64,000 nt of DNA from Lachnospiraceae bacterium (GTDB taxonomy: Bacteria; Bacillota; Clostridia; Lachnospirales; Lachnospiraceae). The DNA is taken from the NCBI GenBank assembly GCA_045126475.1, contig JBGVOL010000067.1:18105-82104 (forward strand), read 5' to 3'. The stretch's first letter is position 1, and every line of letters starts with the position of its first letter. The notes below the pieces were generated by a model. That model was not told the origin of the DNA. It worked only from the letters and a program-made list of their open reading frames with translations, and did not search any database. Positions 44,257 to 52,549 of this stretch are shown in pieces. The translations under genes were made by a program, and so were the position numbers.

Positions 44257-45711
44257 ATGGTAGTACAGCATAACCTTACAGCAATGAACGCAAACAGAAT
44301 GCTCGGTTTAACAACAGGCAAGCAGACAAAGGCAACAGAGAAGTTATCTTCCGGATACAGAATAAATAGAGCTGCAGATGATGCAGCAGGTCTCTCAATC
44401 AGTGAGAAAATGAGAAAGCAGATAAGAGGTCTTGACCAGGCTTCATCAAATGCAGAGGACGGAGTTTCTTGTGTACAGACAGCAGAAGGCGCACTTAATG
44501 AAGTACAGGATATGCTCCAGAGAATGAACGAACTTGCAGTACAGGCAGCTAATGGTACAAATTCGGAAAATGACCGCACATATATACAGTCAGAGATTGA
44601 CCAGCTTATTACAGAAATTGACCGTGTATCAGAGACAACAAAGTTCAATGAGACATACCTTTTAAAAGGTGATGGAATCGGTGGTAAATATACAGATATA
44701 GGCACAATAAGTGTGACAACAGGCGGAAGTATTTCTAAAAGCGCTGATCAGCAGGGAACTGTAGCGGGTCAGGATTACAAGACTGACAGAGATGCGGTGC
44801 TTGTTGCAGGTAATGATGTAAGATATGGTAAGAATGCAACTGAGACAATCGTGGTCGGTGGTATAGCATATGATCTCAAGGAGTATAAGGATCTTGATGA
44901 ACTTGCAGGGGCAATCAGCAGTAATAAAAAAATAAACAGTGTAGACCTAGTGTATAAAGATGGTGTATCAGCAGTAGCAAATACAGCAAAGGATGACTTT
45001 ACACTTACAAATACAAATAAGACAACAACTGTGTCAGGAGATATTACATTTAAGGTAACATCAAACTATACTGGAACATCAAAAGCAGCATCAATAGATA
45101 TTGAAGATGATGTTAAGATGACTGTAGACTTTACCCTTGCGACAAAAGTGGCAAAGGACGGAGGACTTGAGTTTGATGAGCAGACAACAATTAACAATAT
45201 TAAAGCAAATCTTGAGGCGAAGGGTTACAGTTATACAGAAAGTGATGGTGTATTTGTGGTTAAGGCAAAGGCTACAATGACCATAAATGCCGCATCTCAG
45301 GTTGATGATTTGAAGTTTAATCTTCATGTAGGTGCAGATGGAACATCAACAAATAAGATTGAAGTAAAGGTCGTTGCTCTAAGCTCAGATGGCCTCGGAA
45401 TATCGGGCTTAAATGTTGAGTCTGAAAAGAATGCAACTGATGCCATAAATATTATCGCAGATGCACTTCAGACTGTATCAAAACAGAGATCAGACCTTGG
45501 TGCTGCACAGAACAGATTAGAGCATACAATAAACAACCTTGATAATATTGTAGAAAATACAACAGCAGCCGAGTCACGTATCCGTGATACAGATATGGCA
45601 GAGCAGATGGTTGAGTACAGTAACCTTAATATCTTAGCGCAGGCAGGTCAGTCAATGCTTGCACAGGCTAATCAGTCAAATCAGGGAGTGCTCTCATTAC
45701 TTCAGGGTTAA
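44257..45711 (+). CDS. fliC: flagellin 3 (484 aa), most divergent central domain
   Basis: Conserved termini (MVVQHNLTAMNANRMLG..., ...MLAQANQSNQGVLSLLQG). The central ~200 aa differ clearly from flagellins 1 and 2. Confidence 0.95.
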   Translation: MVVQHNLTAMNANRMLGLTTGKQTKATEKLSSGYRINRAADDAAGLSISEKMRKQIRGLDQASSNAEDGVSCVQTAEGALNEVQDMLQRMNELAVQAANGTNSENDRTYIQSEIDQLITEIDRVSETTKFNETYLLKGDGIGGKYTDIGTISVTTGGSISKSADQQGTVAGQDYKTDRDAVLVAGNDVRYGKNATETIVVGGIAYDLKEYKDLDELAGAISSNKKINSVDLVYKDGVSAVANTAKDDFTLTNTNKTTTVSGDITFKVTSNYTGTSKAASIDIEDDVKMTVDFTLATKVAKDGGLEFDEQTTINNIKANLEAKGYSYTESDGVFVVKAKATMTINAASQVDDLKFNLHVGADGTSTNKIEVKVVALSSDGLGISGLNVESEKNATDAINIIADALQTVSKQRSDLGAAQNRLEHTINNLDNIVENTTAAESRIRDTDMAEQMVEYSNLNILAQAGQSMLAQANQSNQGVLSLLQG

Positions 45712-45737
45712 TATAAAATAAAAGAATCAGTTCATAA

Positions 45738-45769
45738 AGCTTCACTTTTGAATAGAGTGGAGCTTTTTT
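45738..45769 (+). terminator. rho-independent terminator of flagellin 3
   Basis: AGCTTCACT / AGTGGAGCT stem (one G-U pair) followed by TTTTTTG. Confidence 0.6.
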
Positions 45770-45785
45770 GTTAGTCTAAAAAACT

Positions 45786-45811
45786 ATAAATTATATAAAA
45801 AATGGTCGATA
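45786..45811 (+). promoter_or_regulatory. sigma-D-like promoter in front of the glycan island
   Basis: TAAA (45786-45789), 14-nt spacer (one short of consensus), GTCGATAT (45804-45811). This is the same -10 variant as flagellin 1, 33 nt before the ATG at 45845. Confidence 0.5.
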
Positions 45812-45844
45812 TATACTATATGATTTATAGTTGAGGAGGTAGTT

Positions 45845-46615
45845 ATGAAGGTTGTAATATTAGCAGGTGGTTACGGAACAAGAATTTCAGAGGAGTCCCA
45901 CTTACGACCAAAGCCCATGATTGAAGTAGGTGAGAAACCTATTATATGGCATATAATGAAAATGTATGCTCATTATGGCTTTGATGAATTCGTTATATGC
46001 GCCGGATATAAGCAGCAGATTATAAAGGAATGGTTTTCAAATTATTTTCTTTATAACAGCGATATTACCTTTGATTTTACTGACAATAATAGGATGATAG
46101 TTCATAATAATGTTGCGGAACCTTGGAAAGTAACTATTATTGACACTGGAATAAATACTATGACAGGTGGACGAATCAAGAGAATACAGAAGTTTATAGG
46201 CGACGAGACATTTTTAATGACATATGGTGATGGCGTGTCAGATGTAGACATAAGAAATGTTGTGGAGTTTCATAAAAAGAAAGGGGGTTATGCGACTCTT
46301 ACCGCAGTACAGCCTGAGGGTAGATTTGGAAATATTGATATTGAAAATGGTAAGATTAAGTCGTTTAGGGAGAAAGATAAGCACGATATGGGGTGGATAA
46401 ATGGTGGTTTTATGGTGTTAGAACCTAGTGTTTTTAATTATATTAGTGGTGATAGCACTATATTTGAACAAGAACCATTGGAAAAAATGGCTAATGAAGG
46501 ACAGCTTAATAGTTTTAAGCATTATGGATTTTGGCAGTGTATGGACACGATGAGGGATCATGAAAAATTGGAAGAATTATGGGCAGCCGGGATTGCCCCG
46601 TGGAAGGTTTGGTAG
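45845..46615 (+). CDS. rfbF: glucose-1-phosphate cytidylyltransferase (RfbF/DdhA-type)
   Basis: Co-linear by memory with Salmonella RfbF: MKVVILAGGYGTRISEE..PKPMIEVGEKPIIWHIMKMY...MTGGRIKR...TYGDGVSDVDI...INGGFMVLEPSV...FWQCMDTMRD...APWKVW. Confidence 0.9.
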   Translation: MKVVILAGGYGTRISEESHLRPKPMIEVGEKPIIWHIMKMYAHYGFDEFVICAGYKQQIIKEWFSNYFLYNSDITFDFTDNNRMIVHNNVAEPWKVTIIDTGINTMTGGRIKRIQKFIGDETFLMTYGDGVSDVDIRNVVEFHKKKGGYATLTAVQPEGRFGNIDIENGKIKSFREKDKHDMGWINGGFMVLEPSVFNYISGDSTIFEQEPLEKMANEGQLNSFKHYGFWQCMDTMRDHEKLEELWAAGIAPWKVW

Positions 46616-46736
46616 GGGGGGCTTTGAATAATATTTAAACTTTTGAATGAATATGTAAATAAAGTCAAGTGGTAATAGTGACTTTTTATGAAAAACTGAT
46701 ATAATTAAATAGAGAGAAAAAAGGAGGAAAGTACAT

Positions 46737-47561
46737 ATGGCAACAAAAATAATTGCAGAAATTGGAATTAATCATAACGGAGATATAAGTCTTGCTAAAA
46801 AAATGATAGATTTGGCTGTGATAGCAGGTTGTGATGCAGTAAAGTTTCAGAAGAGAACAGTGGATAAAGTATATACAAAGGAATATTTGGATGGATACAG
46901 AGAGAGTCCATGGGGAACAACACAAAGAGAGCAAAAAGAAGGTCTGGAGTTTTCTTATGATGAGTACAGTGAGATTGACAGATATTGTAAAGAAAAAAAG
47001 ATAGATTGGTTTGCTTCAGCGTGGGATATAGATTCACAGAAATTTTTGCAAAAATTTGATTTGAAGTATAATAAAGTAGCATCAGCAATGCTTACAAATG
47101 ATGAACTTTTAGAGGAAATAGCAAAAGAAGGCAGATATACATATATTGCTACAGGTATGAGCACATATGAGGAAATTGATCATGCAGTTGAGGTATTCAA
47201 CAAAAAAAATTGTCCGTATGAAATTATGCACTGTAACAGCACATATCCTATGAAGAATCAAGATGCTAATATAAGTTTAATTCCTGTTTTGAGAGAAAGA
47301 TATAGATGTAATATAGGATATAGCGGTCATGAGTCAGGATATTTAGCAAGCCTTGTTGCAGTTTCTTTGGGAGCAACATCAATCGAAAGGCATATTACAA
47401 TGGACAAGAATATGTATGGAAGTGATCAGAAAGCATCGATTGAACCATCAGAACTGATTTTAATGGTTAAAGAAATACGTGAGATAGAAAAGATACTTGG
47501 AGATGGTCAAAAAGTATTATCTGAAGCAGAAAATGAAGTAAAGAAGAAGTTAAGAGGTTAG
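46737..47561 (+). CDS. NeuB-family (sialic/ulosonic acid synthase-like) enzyme lacking the C-terminal SAF domain
   Basis: IIAEIGINHNGDISLAKKMIDLAVIAGCDAVKFQKR...HCNSTYP...GYSGHE...IERHIT. The protein ends (274 aa) where NeuB/PseI/LegI enzymes start their SAF/antifreeze-like domain. Confidence 0.75.
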   Translation: MATKIIAEIGINHNGDISLAKKMIDLAVIAGCDAVKFQKRTVDKVYTKEYLDGYRESPWGTTQREQKEGLEFSYDEYSEIDRYCKEKKIDWFASAWDIDSQKFLQKFDLKYNKVASAMLTNDELLEEIAKEGRYTYIATGMSTYEEIDHAVEVFNKKNCPYEIMHCNSTYPMKNQDANISLIPVLRERYRCNIGYSGHESGYLASLVAVSLGATSIERHITMDKNMYGSDQKASIEPSELILMVKEIREIEKILGDGQKVLSEAENEVKKKLRG

Positions 47562-47562
47562 G

Positions 47563-48615
47563 ATGATAAAACTTGTAGTTTTTGATATTGACGGAGTTCT
47601 TACTGATGGTACAGTTATTATAGGTGAGGATGGTCATGAACAGAAAAAGATTAATTTAAGAGATATAGATGCAGTATACCAAATTCATAGGCAGGGTTTT
47701 AAAATTGCTGCGATTACAGGAGAAGAAACAAGTATAGTTGGATATTTTGAAAAAAGATTTCCATGGGAGCATTTTGTTAAAGGGTGCAAAAATAAAGTTG
47801 ATGCGCTTAAAAAAATATGTGATAAGTGTGATGTAAAAGCAGATGAAATATGTTATGTAGGTGATGGAAAATATGATATTGAGCCGCTTTGTTTTGCAGG
47901 TATCGGAATATGCCCATCAGATGCTATAGATGATGCAAAAAAAAATGCTGATATAATATTAAAATCATCTAGCGGTACAGGCGGATTATGGGAAATCATT
48001 TCTATATTACATGACATAAATGATGAAAATAGTGCAGGTAACTACTTCTTTGATAGAGTTTTTAAACATGCAGAGATTTTTAAAAAGATGTCATCAGATG
48101 TTGATATGAGAGATAAGGTAATGAAGGTTGCAGAGAATGTTATTAACATTCAGAAAAATGGAGGACAGGTTTTTCTTTGTGGAAATGGAGGGAGTGCAGC
48201 TGATGCACAACATATTGCAACTGAATTTATTAGTAGATTTTATAAGGACAGACCTGCTATGAATGCGGAAGCATTATCGGTCAATACATCTACACTCACG
48301 GCTGTTAGTAATGACTACAGTTACGATAGAGTTTTTGTAAGACAATTGCAAGCTAAAGCCAGAACAGGGGATATGCTTATCGGAATATCTACCAGTGGTA
48401 AGTCAAAGAATGTTATTGAAGCATTAAGATATGCAAAAAATAATGGTGTATTTACGGTTATGCTTATGGGAGAATTTTGTTATAGGGAACTAGATGAAAT
48501 TTGTGATGTTATAATAAAAGTTCCATCAATAGATACACCTAGAATTCAGGAAGCCCATATTTTTATCGGGCATTTGATTGCAGAATATGTGGAATATGTT
48601 CTATATGGAAACTGA
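47563..48615 (+). CDS. fusion protein: KdsC/YrbI-type HAD sugar-phosphate phosphatase (N) + GmhA-type SIS phosphosugar isomerase (C)
   Basis: N-half VVFDIDGVLTDG...AAITGEE...YVGDGKYDIEPL. C-half FLCGNGGSAADAQHIATEF...NDYSYDRVF.RQ...GDMLIGISTSGKSKNVIEAL...RIQEAHIFIGHLI is co-linear with E. coli GmhA by memory. Confidence 0.8.
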   Translation: MIKLVVFDIDGVLTDGTVIIGEDGHEQKKINLRDIDAVYQIHRQGFKIAAITGEETSIVGYFEKRFPWEHFVKGCKNKVDALKKICDKCDVKADEICYVGDGKYDIEPLCFAGIGICPSDAIDDAKKNADIILKSSSGTGGLWEIISILHDINDENSAGNYFFDRVFKHAEIFKKMSSDVDMRDKVMKVAENVINIQKNGGQVFLCGNGGSAADAQHIATEFISRFYKDRPAMNAEALSVNTSTLTAVSNDYSYDRVFVRQLQAKARTGDMLIGISTSGKSKNVIEALRYAKNNGVFTVMLMGEFCYRELDEICDVIIKVPSIDTPRIQEAHIFIGHLIAEYVEYVLYGN

Positions 48616-48627
48616 AGGAGTTAGAGA

Positions 48628-50373
48628 ATGATAAAGGTTTCAGATTATGTATATGAATTTTTAAAGGAAAAGAAAGTCGAACATGTTTTTATGCTTCCAG
48701 GTGGTGGAGCCATGCATCTGGTTGATTCTCTCGGAAAGTCAGGAATTAATTATATATGTTTCCAGCATGAACAGGGCGCTTCAATTGCAGCAGAGGCTTA
48801 TGGACAGCATACTAACAAGCCGGGGGTGGTTTTAACTACATCAGGTCCCGGAGCGACAAATGCTATTACGGGTGTTACAGCGGGATGGATTGATTCTACG
48901 CCAATGATTGTTATATCTGGACAGGCAAAAAGATGCGATTTGGTAGGAAGCAAGGGAGTTAGACAAATAGGATCTCAAGAAGTACAGGTAGTAGATATGG
49001 TTAAGTCTATTACAAAATATGCTGTAGAGGTAATGAATCCAATAGATATCAAATACCATCTGGAAAGGGCATATTATGAGGCTACAACTGGAAGACCGGG
49101 GCCTGTATGGCTGTCTATTCCTTTAGACGTTCAAGGGGCATTTGTTGATAAGAATGGTCTTAGAGGATATGAACAAGTATATAAAAATAATCAGGAAGAT
49201 TTTGACGAGAAAATAAATCATATAGTTAATTGTATTTATAATTCCAGAAAACCGCTTATCATAGCGGGAAATGGTATTAAGTTATCAGGAGCTACAAGGG
49301 AATTTTATAAGTTTATAGAAAAATTAAATATTCCTGTGATTACTACATGGAAAACTATTGATATGTTTGATGAAAATTATAAATTGTATATTGGCCATCC
49401 TGGAATAATGGGTGACAGAGCAACTAATAAGCTGATTCAAGAAGCAGACTTGCTCATATCAATTGGAAGCAGATTAGACACAAGTATTACAGCATTTGAT
49501 GAGCCAAACTTTGCAAAAAATGCAAAAAAAATTATTATTGATATAGATGAAAATGAAATAAAAAGAATGAACATGGAAAAAGAGGTTTGGATGGCATGTG
49601 ATGCAAAGTGTGTTCTGTTAGCTCTAAATTCCAAGATTGGAGGAAAGTTTAATGTAAACCAATGGTTAGATTATTGCAGACAAATGAGAAAAAAGTACCC
49701 TGTTATAACGTCAAAACATAGGGATACAGGGAATTATGTCAGTGCATATTATTTTATTGAAGAATTATGTAGACTTTTAAGGGATGATGATGTTATAGTG
49801 CCAGAAAGCTCTGGAGCAGCAGGAGAAATAACATATCAGGCATTTAAGATAAAACAAGGACAGAAGATGAAAAATGCAGCAGGACTTGGCTCTATGGGAT
49901 TTGGACTTCCGTATGCAATAGGTTCGTGCATTGCCAATGATAAAAGAAGAACTATTCTTATAAATGGAGATGGTGCGTTTCAATTAAATATTCAAGAACT
50001 AGAGACGTTGCACAGGCTAGCACTTCCTGTAAAAATTTTTATTTGGAATAATAATGGGTATGCAAGCATTAGAAGTATGCAGAGAGGGAATTTTGATGGA
50101 CATTATGTTGCTAGCAATGAAGAGAGTGGATTCTCAGTTCCAAATTGTACAAAAATTGCTGCTGCTTATGGATTTGAAACTTGCACAATATCAGATAATG
50201 ATGAAATGTTAGAAAAATTGCCACGAATTCTCGCTGATGATAGAATGATATTATGTGAAGTTATTATTTCTCCTGATGAAACCGTTTGGCCAAGAGTAAA
50301 AGCTAAAATCTTACCGGATGGAGGTATGAAATCAGGAGCTTTAGAAGATATGTGGCCATATGAGGAGAATTAG
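48628..50373 (+). CDS. thiamine-diphosphate-dependent enzyme, acetolactate-synthase-like fold
   Basis: N-terminal PYR domain (FMLPGGGAMHLVD...TSGPGATNAITGVTAGWIDSTPMIVISGQ) and C-terminal ThDP motif (GLGSMGFGLPYAIG...INGDGAFQLNIQEL...IWNNNGY). Confidence 0.8.
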   Translation: MIKVSDYVYEFLKEKKVEHVFMLPGGGAMHLVDSLGKSGINYICFQHEQGASIAAEAYGQHTNKPGVVLTTSGPGATNAITGVTAGWIDSTPMIVISGQAKRCDLVGSKGVRQIGSQEVQVVDMVKSITKYAVEVMNPIDIKYHLERAYYEATTGRPGPVWLSIPLDVQGAFVDKNGLRGYEQVYKNNQEDFDEKINHIVNCIYNSRKPLIIAGNGIKLSGATREFYKFIEKLNIPVITTWKTIDMFDENYKLYIGHPGIMGDRATNKLIQEADLLISIGSRLDTSITAFDEPNFAKNAKKIIIDIDENEIKRMNMEKEVWMACDAKCVLLALNSKIGGKFNVNQWLDYCRQMRKKYPVITSKHRDTGNYVSAYYFIEELCRLLRDDDVIVPESSGAAGEITYQAFKIKQGQKMKNAAGLGSMGFGLPYAIGSCIANDKRRTILINGDGAFQLNIQELETLHRLALPVKIFIWNNNGYASIRSMQRGNFDGHYVASNEESGFSVPNCTKIAAAYGFETCTISDNDEMLEKLPRILADDRMILCEVIISPDETVWPRVKAKILPDGGMKSGALEDMWPYEEN

Positions 50374-50382
50374 CATAGTGAT

Positions 50383-51414
50383 ATGAAAAAAAATAAATGG
50401 ATAACAATATGGAGTTATGCTCAAAGAAAAACTACTTTTACTCGCTGGGAAAATCAGAATAGTTTTGAAATCAGATTTAAAAATAATATTGAAGGAACTA
50501 AAGTTAGAATAAGATTCAGCAATTGGTATGGTGTTCACGACACAGGCATTAAAAGTGTATATATGTTGTATGAGGGTCGTAGATACGTTACAAAATGTAA
50601 TAATGAAGAAAGATTTAGGGTTTTTCCTGATAGCGATTTAACATCAGATTATATTGAAATACATGTGGTCCCAGGAACAAATATAGGTGTGGTGGTAGAA
50701 TTTGAAAGTTTTATTAGGCCAGACTCCGGAAATACATTTGATGGTTGTATAGCAATGATTCTTCAGTCTGTAGATGTGTATACAGATAGTAAGGTGTCGG
50801 GGGTAGCATTTTTTGGAGATAGTATAACTCATAGAAGAAAATGGACAGAGCCACTTATAGATATGTGGTACGAGAAGTACAGAGGGATGATTGTAGCTTA
50901 TGAGGTGTCGATAGATGGTTCCAGGCTGTTAAAAGATTCACCGAAAGAATGTGATAACACGTTGGGTTTTTCGGCAAGAGCAAGATTTAGTCATGACATA
51001 CTAAAAAATAATGGTATTACACATATTTTTTTTGAATTAGGATTAAATGACTTGTCGCTTGAAGATATTGATAATACGTTGTCAGTGGATAATTTGATTA
51101 AAGAGATGAAAGAAATTGTTAATATGGCTCACGAACACAACATTATGGTAATTGGGATGACAATCACACCTCGAAGAGAAGACCATATATATGATTATAA
51201 AAGAAATAATATGAGAAAAAAAGTAAACGAAATAATATTGAATGGGCACATCTTTGATAAAGTAATAGATATATCTGGATTGCTTGGAAATGAGGATGAT
51301 ACTCAGTTGAGTCCTGAGTATGGATGTGAAGACGGAGTTCATTTGAATAATAAAGCAGGAGAATTTCTGTCAAAGTATATTTATAACAATATATCAGAAG
51401 ATATTCTCTTCTAA
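50383..51414 (+). CDS. SGNH/GDSL-type hydrolase with N-terminal beta-rich domain
   Basis: Block I AFFGDSITH, block III GLNDL, block V DGVHLN. Confidence 0.7.
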   Translation: MKKNKWITIWSYAQRKTTFTRWENQNSFEIRFKNNIEGTKVRIRFSNWYGVHDTGIKSVYMLYEGRRYVTKCNNEERFRVFPDSDLTSDYIEIHVVPGTNIGVVVEFESFIRPDSGNTFDGCIAMILQSVDVYTDSKVSGVAFFGDSITHRRKWTEPLIDMWYEKYRGMIVAYEVSIDGSRLLKDSPKECDNTLGFSARARFSHDILKNNGITHIFFELGLNDLSLEDIDNTLSVDNLIKEMKEIVNMAHEHNIMVIGMTITPRREDHIYDYKRNNMRKKVNEIILNGHIFDKVIDISGLLGNEDDTQLSPEYGCEDGVHLNNKAGEFLSKYIYNNISEDILF

Positions 51415-51429
51415 AGGAGAACAGAGATA

Positions 51430-52539
51430 ATGAAGAAGGTAATACTATATGGTGCAGGCACTCAAAATTTGCGAATGGCATTTCAGCCTATAGTTTCAGC
51501 GGGATATGAGGTTTTTGCAATTGTTGATAAAGATAGACAAAAACAAGGGAAAGACTTTTATGGTGTAGAAATCAATGCACCAGAAATAATAAAAAGTATT
51601 AAAGAAAATGCAGATGATTATCAGATAGTGGTTACCATTAGAACAGAAGAAACTGTACTTGAAGTAAAAGAATATTTAAAACAGATTACGAGTATTCGTG
51701 TTTATTCATTTAGTGAGTTTATTGAAAATGAAAAGCTAAACAGTAAGATTAAGAGATTTTCCTGCGTTATGTTTCATTTGGTAGATCACTGTAATATGTC
51801 TTGTGTTAGATGTTCGCACTTTTCACCATTGGCAAAGAAAAACGGGTATTATTTGTCACTTGATGAGTTTGAAAGAGATATTAAAAGGCTGAAGATACTT
51901 ACAAATGGAGATATAGATGAGATTCAGTTATCGGGTGGAGAACCATTACTGCATCCTCAAGTACATATTTTCCCTTATATTGTGCATAAGTATTTTCCGG
52001 ATACTCAGATAATAATTATAACAAATTCAATAAAAATTAAAGATATGGGTCGGGACTTTTTTGATTCATGCAGAGCAAATAAAGTAAATATATGGATATC
52101 CAGATATCCAATTGGATTGGATTATGGTGCAATAATGAAGAGATTGGAGGAAGAGGAAATATATGCTATCTTCGGAAATTCTGGAAATTCAGACAATAAG
52201 CCGAAAGAGATGTGGGGTTTACCAATGAAACTTGATGGTGGGCTTGATGGAAGAAAGAATTTTGATTGTTGCCTTTGCATGCAATATATTCTGAGAAACG
52301 GAATTATGTACCCATGTGCGAATAGTGCGTATATTGATTTGTTCAATGAATATTTCGATAAGAAATTACCAGGACCGCAAGTAAATGGTGTTGATATATA
52401 TAAAGTCAGGAATATGGAGGAATTGGCAAGAGAAATATCAAGGCCGGTTCCACTTTGTGACTATTGTGATGCAAAACACCGAAAAAGTGGAATACCATGG
52501 TGTGTGTCAAAGAAAGATATTGAAGAATGGACTATATAG
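51430..52539 (+). CDS. radical SAM enzyme (twitch/SPASM-like C-terminus) with N-terminal GxG Rossmann-like module
   Basis: N-module KKVILYGAGTQN...FAIVDKDRQKQGKDFYGVEINAPEII. Radical SAM triad HCNMSCVRC (CX3CX2C). Auxiliary CMQYILRNGIMYPC (C-X7-G-X4-C) and CDYCD. Confidence 0.8.
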   Translation: MKKVILYGAGTQNLRMAFQPIVSAGYEVFAIVDKDRQKQGKDFYGVEINAPEIIKSIKENADDYQIVVTIRTEETVLEVKEYLKQITSIRVYSFSEFIENEKLNSKIKRFSCVMFHLVDHCNMSCVRCSHFSPLAKKNGYYLSLDEFERDIKRLKILTNGDIDEIQLSGGEPLLHPQVHIFPYIVHKYFPDTQIIIITNSIKIKDMGRDFFDSCRANKVNIWISRYPIGLDYGAIMKRLEEEEIYAIFGNSGNSDNKPKEMWGLPMKLDGGLDGRKNFDCCLCMQYILRNGIMYPCANSAYIDLFNEYFDKKLPGPQVNGVDIYKVRNMEELAREISRPVPLCDYCDAKHRKSGIPWCVSKKDIEEWTI

Positions 52540-52549
52540 TGGAGGTTAT

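Noticed and set aside
44241-44705. Long antisense ORFs inside flagellin and other strongly supported genes (for example 44241..44705 -, 41341..41655 -, 9282..9740 -, 23599..23934 -, 24173..24637 -)
   Set aside because: These are shadow ORFs opposite genes with unambiguous protein-family motifs. They have low-complexity translations and no RBS.
46661-46687. Weak hairpin (AAAGTCA-N11-TGACTTT followed by TTAT) after rfbF as an operon boundary
   Set aside because: The stem is only 7 bp and AT-rich with an 11-nt loop, which is too weak to call a terminator. It is mentioned only as a caveat to the single-operon reading of the island.
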